Below are positions 21,038 to 30,513 of a stretch of 64,000 nucleotides of DNA, piece by piece (position 1 is the first letter of the stretch; each line of letters starts with the position of its first letter). The notes below the pieces were generated by a model. It was given only the letters and a program-made list of their open reading frames with translations, ran no database searches and was not told the origin of the DNA. Source of the stretch: an uncultured bacterium (GTDB lineage Bacteria; Cyanobacteriota; Vampirovibrionia; Gastranaerophilales; Gastranaerophilaceae); NCBI GenBank assembly GCA_948684385.1, contig CAPQCU010000001.1:244545-308544 (forward strand), read 5' to 3'. The translations under genes and the position numbers were made by a program.

Positions 21038-21673
21038 TTAATTACTGTTATTTTCTTCTTTTCTCTGTTGCAAGCGGTTTTTTGAATGTACCCTTCTTTT
21101 ACGTGTATTAATATTAGCTTGATTTTTCTGTTGTTGCAAGTTTATAACAGGAGAGTATATGCTTGTTATATCTGCGCTCCAGTGTACGTTTTTACCGATT
21201 TGATGTGTAATATAAACATTTGGAATTTCTACATTTTTCAATGTATAACCAATCGTCAAAGGAGATTGACATGAAATAATATGCTGATTAAAATCACTTG
21301 TTTCAGGGAATAATGACTCTTGCTTAAAATATTTCTCGGAGAAGCTCATTATGTTTGGTTCCATAACATCTTTGCATTTTCGTTTTTTACGGTCGACCTT
21401 GTTAAAACTTACAGGCATACCTGAAAATACTAATCTGAAGGTACTGTAAAACGGTACAACTTCTGCAATCCCCTTTTCTATTAAGTACGAATGAGATAGC
21501 AAATCTTTAATTTTGACTAACATTATTACTGCATATGGCAAACCGCCATAATCCAAACCATCCATTGCAGGTATTTTCAAGAAATCATTATGAGCCTGTT
21601 TCACTATCCGTACAAGCTCACCATAATGCGGTGCAATTTTTTCGTTAATTAAATTTTCGTCAAAATATATCAT
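21038..21673 (-). CDS. hypothetical protein, upstream partner of the XRE-ImmA gene (candidate toxin/effector)
   Basis: 211 aa from MIYFDENL with a strong RBS (AAAAGGAGATTTTCC-ATG). 11-nt gap to the downstream gene. No family recognised. Confidence 0.6.
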   Translation of the reverse strand: MIYFDENLINEKIAPHYGELVRIVKQAHNDFLKIPAMDGLDYGGLPYAVIMLVKIKDLLSHSYLIEKGIAEVVPFYSTFRLVFSGMPVSFNKVDRKKRKCKDVMEPNIMSFSEKYFKQESLFPETSDFNQHIISCQSPLTIGYTLKNVEIPNVYITHQIGKNVHWSADITSIYSPVINLQQQKNQANINTRKRRVHSKNRLQQRKEENNSN

Positions 21674-21963
21674 GGAAAATCTCCTTTTCTTGAAGATTAT
21701 CACACATAACTAAAAAAGTCAACTAAAAATATTCCAATTATTTATTCCCGTTAAAATCAAATAATATCAGTGTTTATTTATGCAATTATTACTAAATTTG
21801 ATATTTTTTACAAATATTTACATGCTAATATATAAATTTAAATATATTTTTGTTTCCATGTATAATTTTTTGTTGTTACTTTATTATATGGCATATTCGA
21901 GTAAATTCTTAATCTTTCTTCATTACATTGTGCTAATGACATGTTTAGCATATAATAATTTCT

Positions 21964-23151
21964 ATGGAGAAGGTGAACGATTTGTCGCCCATAGTTAAGT
22001 GGGCTGGAGGTAAAGAGCAAGAACTAAAGTATATTCTTCCGAATGTACCGGATAATTTTGTTCGCTTTATTGAGCCTTTCGTTGGCGGAGGGGCAGTTTA
22101 TTTCTCCATGGGCAATAAAAATAAGCTTATAAACGACAAATCCGTTGAATTAACGACTTTATACAATAATATTAAGTATAAAAATAAAGATTTTATAAGT
22201 CGTTTGCAGTCTCTTCAAGATGCTTGGGTTGGGTTAGAAAGCATATTGGATAATAATATTGATGTTTTTAACACAACTTATTTAAAATATAAAGCCAATA
22301 AAATTGCAAAAGAGGATTTAATTAAAAATATTGAATTGTTTATAAACGATAATAAAACGGCTTTTAAACAACTATTAAACGCTGAATTATTGAAACATTA
22401 TGGCATTTTTGAAAAAGAACTATTGCGTAACATAAGTGCAAAATTAGTTCGCATGAAAGATTTGGAAGAAAAAAAAGGAAATCTTCCTGAAAAAGATATA
22501 TATGACAATTTTGAATGTGCTTTAAAAGGCTCTTTCTATATGTTTATAAGAGCTTTATATAATAAATATGACAATAGCGAATATTTTTATTTTATTCGTG
22601 AATACTGCTATTCTTCTATGTTTAGATATAATTCTAATGGAGAATTTAATGTTCCTTATGGTGGAATTTCTTATAATAGAAAAAACTTTCAAAGAAAAAT
22701 TGACTATATAAAATCCAAAGAACTTCAGTCTCATTTTGTAAATACAGACATATACAATCTCGATTTTGAAGAATTTTTGGACAAAATTAAACTTACAAAG
22801 AATGATTTTATATTTTTAGATCCCCCATATGATACTGATTTTAGCAGTTATGTAAATAATACTTTTGACAAACAAGATCAGGAACGCTTGGCAAATTATT
22901 TAATCAATAAATGTCCGGCAAAATTTATGCTTGTAATTAAAAATACAGAATTTATTTCGGATTTGTATAGCGATAAAGGACTATACATAACAAGTTTTGA
23001 TAAAACATATATGGTTAGTTTCAAAGGTCGCAATAATAGGGATTGTGAGCACTTGTTAATTACAAATTATCCTATTGGCGAAGAAGTTAAGAAAACAAGT
23101 AATGTTGCAGTTCTTAAACAAAATAAGAAAAAGCAACTGCAATATGCATAG
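21964..23151 (+). CDS. Dam-class (D12) N6-adenine DNA methyltransferase with an enlarged middle region
   Basis: VKWAGGK, EPFVGGGAVYF (motif I), NVPYGG, and DPPY (motif IV). 395 aa, against about 280 aa for the DpnM-like paralogue at 56896. Confidence 0.85.
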   Translation: MEKVNDLSPIVKWAGGKEQELKYILPNVPDNFVRFIEPFVGGGAVYFSMGNKNKLINDKSVELTTLYNNIKYKNKDFISRLQSLQDAWVGLESILDNNIDVFNTTYLKYKANKIAKEDLIKNIELFINDNKTAFKQLLNAELLKHYGIFEKELLRNISAKLVRMKDLEEKKGNLPEKDIYDNFECALKGSFYMFIRALYNKYDNSEYFYFIREYCYSSMFRYNSNGEFNVPYGGISYNRKNFQRKIDYIKSKELQSHFVNTDIYNLDFEEFLDKIKLTKNDFIFLDPPYDTDFSSYVNNTFDKQDQERLANYLINKCPAKFMLVIKNTEFISDLYSDKGLYITSFDKTYMVSFKGRNNRDCEHLLITNYPIGEEVKKTSNVAVLKQNKKKQLQYA

Positions 23152-23159
23152 GGGATGTT

Positions 23160-24011
23160 ATGAGAGAGGCTATTTTAAACATTGTAAAAGATGAATTTTC
23201 TGCACTTGTAAATAGAATACAAGGCGATTTCATGAACAATTATTGTGCAAAACAAAACAATTTTCTGTTAAATGAACTTGATCCACTAATGACTGGGCAT
23301 ATGGTATTTGTTAGTAGCTTTGAGTCTAAAAGTGGAAATTCACTTCAAAGAATTGCTCGTAATATCGTAAAACTTCGTTATGGTGAAGAAAAAGTCCCTC
23401 AAATTATTAACCCACACAATATTTCCCACGATATTGTAATTGATAACGAACACGAACAAATTGTAGTCACAAATGTTGATATTGATAATGCCCAAACTAA
23501 AGCATATGTTAATTCTTTTATGAATGAAAGATTAGCAACCGGTAGAGGCAAAAATCGTATTGAATCAACTGTTACTCATGAAAGTATCAAAGAGTTATTA
23601 AATCATGTTGTAATTGATAGTAATATTCACCAAAAACCTGTTGATTTAGCATTCTATGATGATACTGACACATTGAATATTATGGAAATAAAAGCCGGTG
23701 GCGATTTAGATAATTCAAATGCACCTGCCAATGCACAGAAGTTACTACTTATTTATATGGCGCTAAATATGCAAAATGTAAAACCATATTTTGCAACTTA
23801 TTATCATAAAGATGGTGAAAATCATACTTGGACAGGTGCAATTAAGAAATTTATAAATTATCCCGGTATGTTTTTAATTGGCTCTGCGTTTTGGAATAAA
23901 GTATTGCCTCCGGAAATTGATTTTCTTGAATTTACAAAGATATATAATGAAGCAATGAAACAGATAAACCTTAACGAACGATTAAGAGATATGATTAACA
24001 GTTGCTCATAG
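23160..24011 (+). CDS. putative type II restriction endonuclease (family not recognised)
   Basis: Located between two methyltransferase genes. PD-(D/E)xK-like pattern PVDLAF...NIMEIKAGG. Confidence 0.45.
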   Translation: MREAILNIVKDEFSALVNRIQGDFMNNYCAKQNNFLLNELDPLMTGHMVFVSSFESKSGNSLQRIARNIVKLRYGEEKVPQIINPHNISHDIVIDNEHEQIVVTNVDIDNAQTKAYVNSFMNERLATGRGKNRIESTVTHESIKELLNHVVIDSNIHQKPVDLAFYDDTDTLNIMEIKAGGDLDNSNAPANAQKLLLIYMALNMQNVKPYFATYYHKDGENHTWTGAIKKFINYPGMFLIGSAFWNKVLPPEIDFLEFTKIYNEAMKQINLNERLRDMINSCS

Positions 24012-24726
24012 CATATTCTTTCATTTTGCGTTCATGTTTCTGAAATCTTTTATTTGTAGCATCAAAATATTCTTTTTCTAATTCAATTCCAATAAAATTA
24101 CGTTTTAAATTGTATGCGGCAATCCCTGTTGAGCCAACTCCCATGAAAGGATCTAAGATTGTATCGCCTTCATTAGATGCGATTTTAATAATATGTTCTA
24201 ACAATTTTACAGGTTTTTGTGCGGGATGTTTTGGATTAGAAAGCCTTTCAGGTTGCATACAAATTGGTGTTTGAATAAAATTATGCATTTCTTTTTGATT
24301 GCTAAAATTCCACTGATGTCCTTTATTCCACATACAAACAATAAGCTCACAACTATTTAAAAAACCATTTTTATAGATTTTGGGAGCAGGATTTGTTTTA
24401 TGCCAAACCATAAATTGAAAAGTATCAAATTCAGGATCAAATGTTTCGTGCCATTTTCCAATTTGATTATATGTTGTAAAGACGAAGATGTTTCCTTTTG
24501 GTTTAATTATTCTTTTGAAATTCGCTAATAAATCTCGTGGTTCAATTTCAGGTTTATCCCAATCTGCCAAATCATTATTAAGAGCAGAACGACCGGGCAA
24601 ATCAATATTCCCTGTAGAATATTTTGCAATATTATATGGAGGATCCGTCAATATTAAATCGACAGATTTGTCAGGAATATCATCTAATAATTTAAAGCAA
24701 TCACCATATCTTAAGTCGTATACCAT
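23995..24726 (-). CDS. beta-class N4/N6 DNA methyltransferase
   Basis: DPPYNI (motif IV) near the N-terminus and DPFMGVGSTGIAA (motif I) near the C-terminus. Start set at MVYDLRYGDCF after GAAAGGAGATACGA. Confidence 0.85.
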   Translation of the reverse strand: MVYDLRYGDCFKLLDDIPDKSVDLILTDPPYNIAKYSTGNIDLPGRSALNNDLADWDKPEIEPRDLLANFKRIIKPKGNIFVFTTYNQIGKWHETFDPEFDTFQFMVWHKTNPAPKIYKNGFLNSCELIVCMWNKGHQWNFSNQKEMHNFIQTPICMQPERLSNPKHPAQKPVKLLEHIIKIASNEGDTILDPFMGVGSTGIAAYNLKRNFIGIELEKEYFDATNKRFQKHERKMKEYAMSNC

Positions 24727-24778
24727 TCGTATCTCCTTTCTTTTATCATACATTAAAATTTTTGCTTTGTCCTTTTAT

Positions 24779-25006
24779 TTATATTTGAGCAATATACCAA
24801 TCCGAGCAGGCATGGTGATTAAAATTCCATTGCAGGTCAAAATAAAAATCAAATTTATCAACATTTTTTATTTTGAAATATGGCTTTGCCAATTCTGTCC
24901 GCTTATAACTTTCAAATGCCCTTTTAAGCTCTTTCGCAAAGCGAGTTTTAAATTCAGGCAAGGTAATATTCAAAGTTTCACGGGTTCTTTTATTTTTCAA
25001 AATCAT
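24779..25006 (-). CDS. small hypothetical protein
   Basis: About 75 aa. RBS AGAGGG upstream of the ATG at 25006. Overlaps the stop of the upstream small ORF. Confidence 0.4.
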   Translation of the reverse strand: MILKNKRTRETLNITLPEFKTRFAKELKRAFESYKRTELAKPYFKIKNVDKFDFYFDLQWNFNHHACSDWYIAQI

Positions 25007-25190
25007 CTTCAAACCCTCTTATATTATCTAGTTCTATGTTGTAGCGTTTTCCTGTTTTATCAACACAGGTTGCAAAGTCTACAGTTTTATCAGCAAATTT
25101 GTTTTGCCAAATGCAAATCAGCAAACCGATTTCTTGAGTTTTTAAATTCAAAACCTTTGTCCCGTATAATTGATAATCTTTTTCAACCAT
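24990..25190 (-). CDS. small hypothetical protein
   Basis: 66 aa. Strong RBS (AAAGGAGCACAAT-ATG). Confidence 0.5.
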   Translation of the reverse strand: MVEKDYQLYGTKVLNLKTQEIGLLICIWQNKFADKTVDFATCVDKTGKRYNIELDNIRGFEDDFEK

Positions 25191-25324
25191 ATTGTGCTCC
25201 TTTCGGTTATTAACATTAATCGATTACAATAAATAGGAAATCAACCGAATGTGTTGCTATGTAAACATTTGAATGCTTTTTGTTATCTTTGGAGCTAATG
25301 TGTTTCCTGATATAAGGAGGATTT

Positions 25325-25555
25325 ATGAAAGAAGTTAGCGGATACAATATTAGCGAGCAGGAATTTAAGAAAATAAGCAAGTGGGCAGAGGATGTGTATA
25401 ATATTGCCGTAATTGTCGATTATTTTGTCGGTAATCAGCCGGAGATAGAAGAATGCTATAACCTTACTCCGGTTGTTAGAAATTTAAGAAATAACGCAGA
25501 TTTATTAAATGCATTTTTTATTGATAATGAAAATGCGAATAAAAAAGAGAGTTAA
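25325..25555 (+). CDS. small acidic helical protein, paralogue of 60051-60281
   Basis: 76 aa. RBS AAGGAGG. About two-thirds identical by eye to the 60051 ORF (MKEVSG.NI...EFK..SK..E.VYNI.V..DYF...Q.EIEE.YNLTP...NLR..AD.LNAFFI). Confidence 0.65.
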   Translation: MKEVSGYNISEQEFKKISKWAEDVYNIAVIVDYFVGNQPEIEECYNLTPVVRNLRNNADLLNAFFIDNENANKKES

Positions 25556-25674
25556 AAATTGTTTAAAACCTTTTTAACTCCTTTTAATTTTAATTTTTAT
25601 AATCAATTATGATTAAATTCTTGCAGGAAAAATTTCCCCCGCTTAAAACGAATTTAAACAGGGGAAAAGAAGAA

Positions 25675-26283
25675 CTAATATTGTTCAAATTGGGGTATGT
25701 TGTATTTTTCTTCCATACGTTTGTAATTATCGATGTGAATGCCGTAGTAATTATAGGTAAAGAACGGATGTTTTTCGTCATCTAAATTCGGCAATTTCAT
25801 AATATCGTCATAATGGAACAAACAAGGATAATCCCTATCTCCGTTTCTCATAGCTTCAAGTGCAATAATATCCGTTAATAAATCTGCAAACTCCGGAGCC
25901 AGTTTCATATATTTATCTTTTAGTGTCGCAAGAATTTCATTAATATATGCTTTGTAGGCTTGGTTAACGTGATATCTTATATTTCTTACATCATTGTTAC
26001 GCTTTTCTCTTTTTGCAGTTATTCCCGTTATCAGATCATTATTAATTTCAATTTCTTCTTCAATATCTTTTAGCCTTTTATTCAGCTTTTTTACATCTTT
26101 ATTGTCTGCCAACAGTGCAGGTCTTTTTTCTTTTAATTTTTCGGTTTCTTCTTGCAGTTTAATAATATCCTTTTTTGCTTGTTCTGCCCTTTGGCGCAAT
26201 TTGAAATCTTCTTTTTCAAAATCAGTCCTGACTTTCCAAGCATCCTCAAATAATTTTTTCTTTTCTTCAATTTGTTTGTTCAT
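25675..26283 (-). CDS. coiled-coil protein, unknown function
   Basis: Start set at MNKQIEEKKK after AAAGGAGAATTGTT. The K/E-rich N-terminal half is predicted coiled coil. Confidence 0.55.
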   Translation of the reverse strand: MNKQIEEKKKLFEDAWKVRTDFEKEDFKLRQRAEQAKKDIIKLQEETEKLKEKRPALLADNKDVKKLNKRLKDIEEEIEINNDLITGITAKREKRNNDVRNIRYHVNQAYKAYINEILATLKDKYMKLAPEFADLLTDIIALEAMRNGDRDYPCLFHYDDIMKLPNLDDEKHPFFTYNYYGIHIDNYKRMEEKYNIPQFEQY

Positions 26284-26466
26284 AACAATTCTCCTTTTCT
26301 TTTGTGTGGAACTACAGTTGTCCAAGAATAAGGTAATATAAGTTATTTGTATATTTCTACTTGCAGTCGCAAGAGAATTTGGCAAGTGAATGCAGAAACA
26401 AAATCTGAGGTTGGTGCTATAAAATGACCTGAACCTAAACAGTTATTATAAGTGCATTTGCAGAAT

Positions 26467-28029
26467 TTAATTTTGCAAAATTTCAAAATTATCGTCTAAT
26501 TTTTGCGGAAGCAAGAAATTATACCTTGATGCAAAATCTTTTATATTATGAAACCCAAGATTTTTACTGATGATATTTATTTGAACATTTTTCTCTAATA
26601 ATAAGTGAATATGCGTGTTTATAAGTTTGTCATAATTTTCAATTTTTATATCTTTAAAAATTAATCCTTTCTTTTTGAAAACAATATCTTTAAATATTAT
26701 TGAAGGCATTATTAGATGGCGCTTGCGGTATTTTGCTCTGTGCGGTTGTTCAACTCCCTGAAATACTGCTCTTTGTATAAAAACAGTCCTGTTATTTTTA
26801 TCTATATCCTCGTATCTTAATGCGGATAGTTCTGCCGGAGTTATTCCTAAACATAATATCCATAATTCAGGCTTTTTATTTTCTATTATTTCTTTTATTT
26901 CCTTATCGGTATAGTAGCTTATTTCAAGAGGTGGAATCGGGGTATTATCTGCTACAAACTTTAGGTCTTCCGCACATTCGGAATACTTTGAAAATATGAT
27001 ACTAAATACGGATAAAAATCTGCGGATACTTGCCATTGAATACCCTAATGCAACCATTTTACTTTCGTAATTTATTACAACATCTTGTGTAATATCTCTA
27101 AATTTATATCCTTCAAAATAGGGGATTAAATGGTTTTTAATGTATCCTTTTTGACAAATTGCAACTTCCGTATTCTTTTTATCTAATAAATCATAGTGAT
27201 AATTTGCGGCATCGATAAATTTTTCAAATAATTTTTTATCATCTTTTTTCTTTTTGAAATTATATGATAATTCAGGCAAATTAATAGGTGCTTCTCTTAA
27301 TTGCTTAATATGTTCGGGTTTATATTCTTTTAATAAAAGCCTATAAAATGCTTTATCGCTTGGAATATCCGAATCTGGGAAATTTTTACAAACAATTTTA
27401 TATGCGGTGGCTATAGAGTATTTTTTTGTTGATAAATAGTACTTTTTAAATACTTCATACATTTCAGGATGAACTGCTGTTTTTACATTTGCATAATTTG
27501 CATATTTTAAACATAATCCCCTAATACCTTGTGTAAAATATAGTCTATAATATCTAACAAAAGTTGAATACGACATTTTGTATTCAGGATGTTTTTCCGA
27601 TAATTCAATTAAAAATTTTCTTAAACTATCTCCTCTTAAATTTCCAGCGAGTTTAAATATTGTTAATACTTTTACGATATTTCTTTTATCATAGTCTTTT
27701 GCGTTATTAAAGAATTTAACTTCTTCTTTTTTAGGGAATAATTCTTCAGGGTTTATGTCTTCAAGTTTTTCTTTTCTTAAGTCGATTTGATATATTGGCT
27801 TTTTATATAAGCCTTTTTTTCTTTCGCCTTTTATCTCTTGTTTGTTAATAATTTCAGGTAAAAAAGCATATTCATTTTTTGATATCTTACATATTTTATT
27901 TTCAGACAACAAATCATTGATATAATTATTTACGATTTTTTCATTTAATTCTGTCAGAGCAACAATATCCTCTGACTTAAATTTCTCAAGCTTCTTGATT
28001 AGTTTCAATATTTTCTGTTTCATTTGCAA
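26467..28029 (-). CDS. wHTH plus degenerate tyrosine-recombinase-fold protein (paralogue of 37191-38741)
   Basis: 520 aa. SAM-like core-binding region, then an integrase-like C-terminus in which GITPAEL replaces GLRxxEL and NTHIHLL replaces HxLRH. Confidence 0.65.
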   Translation of the reverse strand: MQMKQKILKLIKKLEKFKSEDIVALTELNEKIVNNYINDLLSENKICKISKNEYAFLPEIINKQEIKGERKKGLYKKPIYQIDLRKEKLEDINPEELFPKKEEVKFFNNAKDYDKRNIVKVLTIFKLAGNLRGDSLRKFLIELSEKHPEYKMSYSTFVRYYRLYFTQGIRGLCLKYANYANVKTAVHPEMYEVFKKYYLSTKKYSIATAYKIVCKNFPDSDIPSDKAFYRLLLKEYKPEHIKQLREAPINLPELSYNFKKKKDDKKLFEKFIDAANYHYDLLDKKNTEVAICQKGYIKNHLIPYFEGYKFRDITQDVVINYESKMVALGYSMASIRRFLSVFSIIFSKYSECAEDLKFVADNTPIPPLEISYYTDKEIKEIIENKKPELWILCLGITPAELSALRYEDIDKNNRTVFIQRAVFQGVEQPHRAKYRKRHLIMPSIIFKDIVFKKKGLIFKDIKIENYDKLINTHIHLLLEKNVQINIISKNLGFHNIKDFASRYNFLLPQKLDDNFEILQN

Positions 28030-28555
28030 TTGCCTCCTTTATAAGTATTTCGTCAATAGAATTTAATCCGTTTGCTTTTGCTATTATTTCAGCTTTATTT
28101 ATTACTTTTACAATTTGTCGGAACCTGTTTAGATTCGTATAAATATACCTTATTGCGCAATCGGTCATTTCAACTTCGGATAGTTCCTGAACAATTGTTT
28201 TAATATCGTTTTTTGAAAATTTCTCAAATTTTACTATTTCAGATAACCTGTCATATAAATGGTTAAATTTTTTCAATCTTGATTTAGCATTAATCATTCC
28301 AACCAAAACTATGGGGACATTTGTTTTGTCATGAATATCCCTTAATGTTTCAACCGCTCTTGAATCTACTGTTAAATAATCGACTTCATCGATAATTATT
28401 ATTTGGGGATTTACCAATAAATTTCTGACTACAAGCTTAAAGCAGTCTGAAATTTTATAACCGTATATTTCTCCCATTTCTTCAAGTATTTCTGATAGTA
28501 GCCATCTTGCTGACATTAGCTGAGTACATCTTACAAGTAATAAAGAAAATGTCAA
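27986..28555 (-). pseudogene. 5'-truncated AAA+ transposition ATPase (TniB/MuB-like) lacking Walker A
   Basis: Homology to the intact 239-aa copy starts at LVRCTQLMSARWLL (about aa 57 of the intact protein). The GEPGLGKT region is absent. Breakpoint is near 28540. Confidence 0.75.
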
Positions 28556-28641
28556 AACAATCAGGCAGAAAAATCACTTGGAGCACAAGCGAAAAGAATT
28601 GGATTGATATTGATATTCCAAAAATGAAAGGAGACTAATTT

Positions 28642-29256
28642 ATGGGAGGTCGTGGTTCAGGTGGCGGTAAAGCAGGAGGAGGCAAAGCCTCATTAGGTGG
28701 TGCATTCTCTGATATCAGAGCTAATAATAACAGGGATTTTAATGAACAAGTGAAAAGTAAATTATCCGAAATGACTGATAAAGAATTAAATAGAGCTATT
28801 ATTAACACAAAAAATCAGATGAATAACGAAACCGTTAAACTTGCTCTTGAACAAAACAAATTAAGGAAAATGAACGAAGAATTCAGAAAAGTCAATATGA
28901 GTGATAAAGACTACGAATCAAAATCGCTTGCTTTGGATAAACAAATTTCAAAAGTAAACGAAGCTCAATCACGAGCAGATATTCGTACTCAAATTCATTA
29001 TTTGGCAATTAATGAAAAATACAACGTCAGAGATAAACAAGCTACTAATAATATAAAATCAATGACGAACGGACAGTTAAACTCTTTTTACAATAAATCA
29101 TATAAAGAGAGCAGTAAGGCCAGACAAAAAATTGAAAAAACCTCCAATCCTAAAACAAAAGCAAAATATCAGAAAATATATGATCAGCATAATAAAAACT
29201 TCTTTGCAGCAAACAAAGAACGCAACAATCGTGGACTTGATGGAAAAGATTGGTAA
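28642..29256 (+). CDS. hypothetical protein with a Gly-rich N-terminus and coiled coil
   Basis: 204 aa. MGGRGSGGGKAGGGKASLGG. RBS AAAGGAG. Confidence 0.5.
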   Translation: MGGRGSGGGKAGGGKASLGGAFSDIRANNNRDFNEQVKSKLSEMTDKELNRAIINTKNQMNNETVKLALEQNKLRKMNEEFRKVNMSDKDYESKSLALDKQISKVNEAQSRADIRTQIHYLAINEKYNVRDKQATNNIKSMTNGQLNSFYNKSYKESSKARQKIEKTSNPKTKAKYQKIYDQHNKNFFAANKERNNRGLDGKDW

Positions 29257-29260
29257 TATT

Positions 29261-29584
29261 TTATTTACTTTCAATATCTGTAGCTTCTAATTTAAAAATA
29301 ACCGGTCTTAAACCATCATTACAACTACAAATAGCAACACCGGGCTTTTTTATCCAATCGTTGTAATAGAATGTTGACTCTCCTGCACCATGAGCCAATG
29401 CGAATACATATTGATAAATTGCTTTCCAAGCCTCATCGCAAAAACCTTCAGGTTTTGCATAATCAGCATAGAATTCTTGTCCTACTTTATGAAAAGGACA
29501 GGTGGATAATCCGTCAACACCATATTCTTTTGCCAAGTCCTCATTAAACATTGTTTTTAAAACTGTTATTTTTACTTTTTTCAT
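29261..29584 (-). CDS. TIGR04076-like small Cys-containing protein
   Basis: MKKVKITVLK...CPFHKVGQEF...GFCDEAW...ICSCNDGLRPVIFKLE matches my memory of the TIGR04076 family pattern. Confidence 0.55.
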   Translation of the reverse strand: MKKVKITVLKTMFNEDLAKEYGVDGLSTCPFHKVGQEFYADYAKPEGFCDEAWKAIYQYVFALAHGAGESTFYYNDWIKKPGVAICSCNDGLRPVIFKLEATDIESK

Positions 29585-29721
29585 AAAAAACACCCACCTT
29601 AATAAGCATTATAGTACAAAAATGCTTATGTGTCTGAATGATACGAAATAATCGAAATAGACTTTAAATTCAGCAATAGTCGAGTGATGAATGTCATTGT
29701 GCAAAATTAAAGGAGGTCATT

Positions 29722-30513
29722 ATGACAACAATTACAACAACATTGACTGATGTCTTTAAAAGCAGGCAAAATTTTTCAGATTACATTGAGACAAATTCTT
29801 CTGAAGTAATTTCGCAAATATTAGAAAATTACCCAAAACGCTCAATGCATATTGTTTATCCTCAACTGACACAAAGCTCGGAAGGATTAATCAATGCAGC
29901 GGGAGAACTTGTTGAAGAACAAAAAGCATATATCTTTTGGTTTATAGCTAATGAAAAAGAAGATTTACTAAAAATTGCAAAAACGCTTAATAACTTTTTT
30001 GATAAAAATTATTGCGGAATTTTTGTTATTAAAGCCTTTTTAAACAGGGATAAAATAGAGTTTAATTGTATTTTAAAACCGGAACATAGTATAAATATAA
30101 ATACATCTTGCAAAATTATGCAAAAACAATATTGGGAAAAATATTTTGAAATTTGTGATGAAATGGCTCTTGATTTACAAGTTAATCCTCAATATCAACA
30201 CTGGCAATATCTTCCAATGCATAAACGTAGAGTTTGTTTGATGTTGAGTGTTAGTATCCAAAAAGAATATATTGGAGTTGATTTGGTTATTTCAGATAAA
30301 ACTATTTACAAGTACTTATATAATCTAAAAGATAAAATAGAGACAGAATTAGGCAAATTAGAGTGGATAAATGAGCCAAATAATAAAACAAGCAAAATCA
30401 GAAAAACTCTTACTTATGACGTAAGTGATTTAAATACGCAGGCAAAAGCCGTCAAAGATCATATAGATTTAGCATTACAATTCAAAGAAACTTTTTCAAA
30501 ATATCTAAATTAA
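29722..30513 (+). CDS. hypothetical protein; the C-terminal half resembles DUF4268
   Basis: 263 aa. The QKQYWEKYFEICDE...LEWINEPNNKTSKI pattern is as in DUF4268-type domains. Weak call. Confidence 0.4.
   Translation: MTTITTTLTDVFKSRQNFSDYIETNSSEVISQILENYPKRSMHIVYPQLTQSSEGLINAAGELVEEQKAYIFWFIANEKEDLLKIAKTLNNFFDKNYCGIFVIKAFLNRDKIEFNCILKPEHSININTSCKIMQKQYWEKYFEICDEMALDLQVNPQYQHWQYLPMHKRRVCLMLSVSIQKEYIGVDLVISDKTIYKYLYNLKDKIETELGKLEWINEPNNKTSKIRKTLTYDVSDLNTQAKAVKDHIDLALQFKETFSKYLN

Noticed and set aside
24488-25213. 241-aa + strand ORF from the ORF track
   Set aside because: It runs antisense through the 5' part of the beta-class methylase gene and two RBS-supported small minus-strand ORFs. It has a low-complexity F/L/I/S-rich composition and no RBS, so it is most likely spurious.
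25994-26341. 115-aa + strand ORF
   Set aside because: Its S/F/L-rich sequence is the mirror image of the K/E-rich coiled-coil gene on the minus strand, which makes it an antisense artefact.
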